Positions 61,298 through 64,000 of a stretch of 64,000 nt of DNA are shown in pieces. Below the pieces are notes generated by a model. The model was not told the origin of the DNA and ran no database searches. It worked only from the letters and a program-made list of their open reading frames with translations. The translations under genes and the position numbers were made by a program. Source of the stretch: Flaccisagitta enflata (Eukaryota); contig OZ231126.1 of NCBI GenBank assembly GCA_965153355.1, positions 36,518,001 through 36,582,000 on the forward strand, read 5' to 3'. The stretch's first letter is position 1; each line of letters opens with the position of its first letter.

Positions 61298-62155
61298 ATG
61301 TCAAAAATGATGATTTCGGCGATTTTGCTAGTTCTCATCGTGGCCGGGGCGAAAGCGAGGGAAATCAAGGCTGCTAAAGGTGAGTGTTGGTCTTATGATT
61401 TGAAATGAAATGAAATGATTTTTATTGATTTGAAATGTAATGATTCTATTGATTTGAAATGAAATAATTTTTATTTGTTTTGAAATGAAACGATTCTATT
61501 GATTCTATTGATTTGAAATGAAATGATTTCTATTGATGTACTTGCGAAATAACATTTGGAAGCTGAGAGTGCGACACAAATAAATTCGCCTTTGATCGTT
61601 CTTTACAGAATATCGTCAAGCAAGACCTAACCCGGACCGCGAAGAGGAGCACATGCAAGGTCCAACCTACAAATATTTCGAGACCAAGGCATCCTACACG
61701 ACGGCGCAATCCAAGTGCGTAGAATGGGGAGGTAACTTAGCGTCGCTGAATACGATCAAGAAAATCGAATTTGTCGCCGATATGCTACCAGACGATACAC
61801 ATGTCTGGATCGGCGGGGAGTGCGTTGGCTGTACGTTGGCCGGCGATGATAAATGGGTGTGGAAATCTGGAGACAGACTCGACCTCCAGAATCCTATGTG
61901 GAAGGAGTACGACGGCCTGCAAACACCCTGGGACACCGTGTTCGTATAATCTTATGTGTGATACTGAAATATGTCTTAAAACTCCGATGATTAAAAATTT
62001 CTATACTAAAGTACGTTGCTGAAACTATTCTCCCTTCATTTTGCAGGGACACAACTCATGACGCTTTTTTCGTGGATTTCTATCGGAAAGCTGGCGGGGA
62101 GCCCCAGTTCGTCAACCATGCCTCTCATTCATATTCCTTCCTGTGCGAAAAGTAA
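61298..62155 (+). CDS. Secreted C-type lectin-like domain protein, 173 aa, 3 exons
   Basis: Exons 61298-61379 (signal peptide MSKMMISAILLVLIVAGAKA), 61609-61939 (YTTAQSKCVEWGGNLASL...VWIGG...WVWKSG) and 62047-62155 (...YSFLCEK*); 522 nt, phases 1 and 2 compatible. The second donor (GT|GTTCGT) is inferred from phase. Confidence 0.82.
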
Positions 62156-62812
62156 TCGGGCTCAGCGCACGTCGGCGTGTCATCCGTACTCCGAAGATAA
62201 TCACTGCACCGAACGACATTTAAAATTTTTTGATATGATTCTCTGAATTTGAAATTCTTCTCTGAAATGATTAGTCTATTTAATTCTTCATGAATCATAT
62301 GTAATGCTCTTCCACTGCTTCTTTCAGAATACAAATGTTTATTAATTTTATTACAACATCATGTCCTGGTTTAATCTACGGTCACTATCGCTATCAGTCT
62401 ATCACGTTCTGTACGTTACACGTTACATGAATCATTAAGGCACCCAATGAGTTGATAAGGCGATTTTTAAATATCTCAAAAACAGATCTGGTAAAGTCTG
62501 ATAAAACGTTATAGGCGGTAAACTACTTTTTAGTGTAACACCATGTTATGACGGTGTGTTTTCGAAGGCAACACTGAGGGTTTCAGCTTTGGTCATGGAA
62601 CATATGAATAAAAGTGTGTGAGAAATGTATGATTTGCATCTACTACGCGAGAGAGGCCAAATCTAGCCATTGTCATAAAAAACAGTTTTACTGAGAATTA
62701 CCTCGATTCCTATTACAATTCCTATTACCTCGATTCCTATTACAATTCCTATTACAATTTTCTCGCTCTCGTTTTTTTTTGTCGAGTTGGAAAATCGGAA
62801 ATTTGGGAACAG

Positions 62813-63299
62813 ATTTCGGCGATTTTGGTGATCCTTTTCGCAGCCGGAGCGCAAGCAAGGGAAATTGGGGCCGCCCATGCCCATGGTGAGAGTTGGTCTT
62901 GCATGAAATGAACGTGATCATCATAAAAAGCGGTTTAGGCGATGCAACTCATCTCAACAATTGTTGTCACGAAAGATTTCTACCTCCCCTTTATTGCCTT
63001 AAACAGAATATCGTCCAGCAAGGCCCAATCCCGATCGAGACGAAGAGCACGTGCCTGGTTCAGCCTTACAATATTTCGTAAGTTCTAGAATAATTTATGA
63101 ATTCTATAGTTCCATGACATTTTTTCGATCATATTTCATTTTCATTCACTTCTGTAGAGGAACAGACGAGGGCGACGCCTCATGCCTGACTCACTACCGA
63201 AGTGAGGACGTCGAGAAGGGGGCTTATTTCATCAATTACAATGGCCTTAGTGCGTGGCCATTCTTGTGCGAAATATGGCCCAACGGCAACGCGTCTTGA
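62813..63299 (+). pseudogene. Decayed tandem paralogue of the C-type lectin
   Basis: Exon1-like ISAILVILFAAGAQAREI (62813-62885, donor gtgag, no in-frame ATG seen). Exon2-like EYRPARPNPDRDEEHVPGSALQYF (63007-63077) stops short of the CTLD core. Last-exon-like ...WPFLCEIW..* (63158-63299). The phase-0 donor does not match the phase-2 acceptor. Confidence 0.65.
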
Positions 63300-64000
63300 T
63301 GATAATTGATAAGCATGAAGACAACAAGTGACGCGGGGTCACAATATCGTTGCGGACGGGTGGGCAGGGGCATACTACCCCTATCCACACCCCAACCTAC
63401 CTCCAACACTCAAACTTACACAAAAAGTATCTAAAACGCTCGTTTTCAATTCGATCACCATGACGGACGGACGGACGGACGGACGGACGGACAAAGCCTC
63501 TTATAGAGTTGCGTGTCCACAACTAAAAAGAGAACAATTTATTTGCAATGTAATGACTATGAATTATTGGGACCGCTGTCCAATTGAATATTCTTAAAGC
63601 AAATGAAAGATGATACCTTATTTACTGAATTTTAACAGACGGAGGCTCAAAACTGTTTTTTTTAGAGGCTTCATCCTTAGATAAAAAGTTGTTTCTTTTT
63701 AGGTGCGCCATAGCACCTCTATAGGCAGCTCTGTCTGTTGGTCGGGTGGTCGGTCGGTCGGTCGGTCGGTCACGCACGAGTTGAAAATCTCTAAAAGAAG
63801 CAAAAATCACTAGGAATGATTCAGAGCTATGCTAGGATGACTTTTAGATGCACATGTTGGCACCGTCCGTTCAAACTACCGCCAGGTTGTTTTTAGTATT
63901 ACTCTGAGTTTTCCGCTTGTTTTTACTCAGGATGGACTTCCTGAACTAGGATCCAGGCTCAAAGAAATCTTTCTTGTGGCGCCTTCTGAAAAAATTCATA

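Overview
Eukaryotic, animal-like (probably invertebrate) genomic DNA rich in microsatellites and non-autonomous transposons. Host genes read from the sequence: (1) a 16-exon, ~1473-aa modular trypsin-family serine protease on + (28816-59088: low-complexity N-terminus with one hydrophobic segment, TSP1, two copies of [Cys-rich CPGG...CC module + 3 LDLa], S1A protease), with all splice phases compatible; (2) a 3-exon secreted atypical C-type lectin (61298-62155) and a decayed tandem paralogue (62813-63299). The standout is a ~7.5-kb element in the 14.3-kb first intron of the protease (31267-38788). It has ~1-kb terminal inverted repeats and two divergent intronless genes: a hAT-superfamily-like DDE transposase and a divergent Tpt1/KptA-family (NAD+-dependent RNA 2'-phosphotransferase, ADP-ribosyltransferase fold) cargo gene. 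A ~132-bp tandem array separates the two genes, and the same stem-loop follows each. The element is nested in a Helentron/DINE-like non-autonomous element. The rest is MITEs, many DINE/HINE-like elements, a 2-kb AT-rich foldback and microsatellites. All family assignments come from motif recognition by eye, not database searches.
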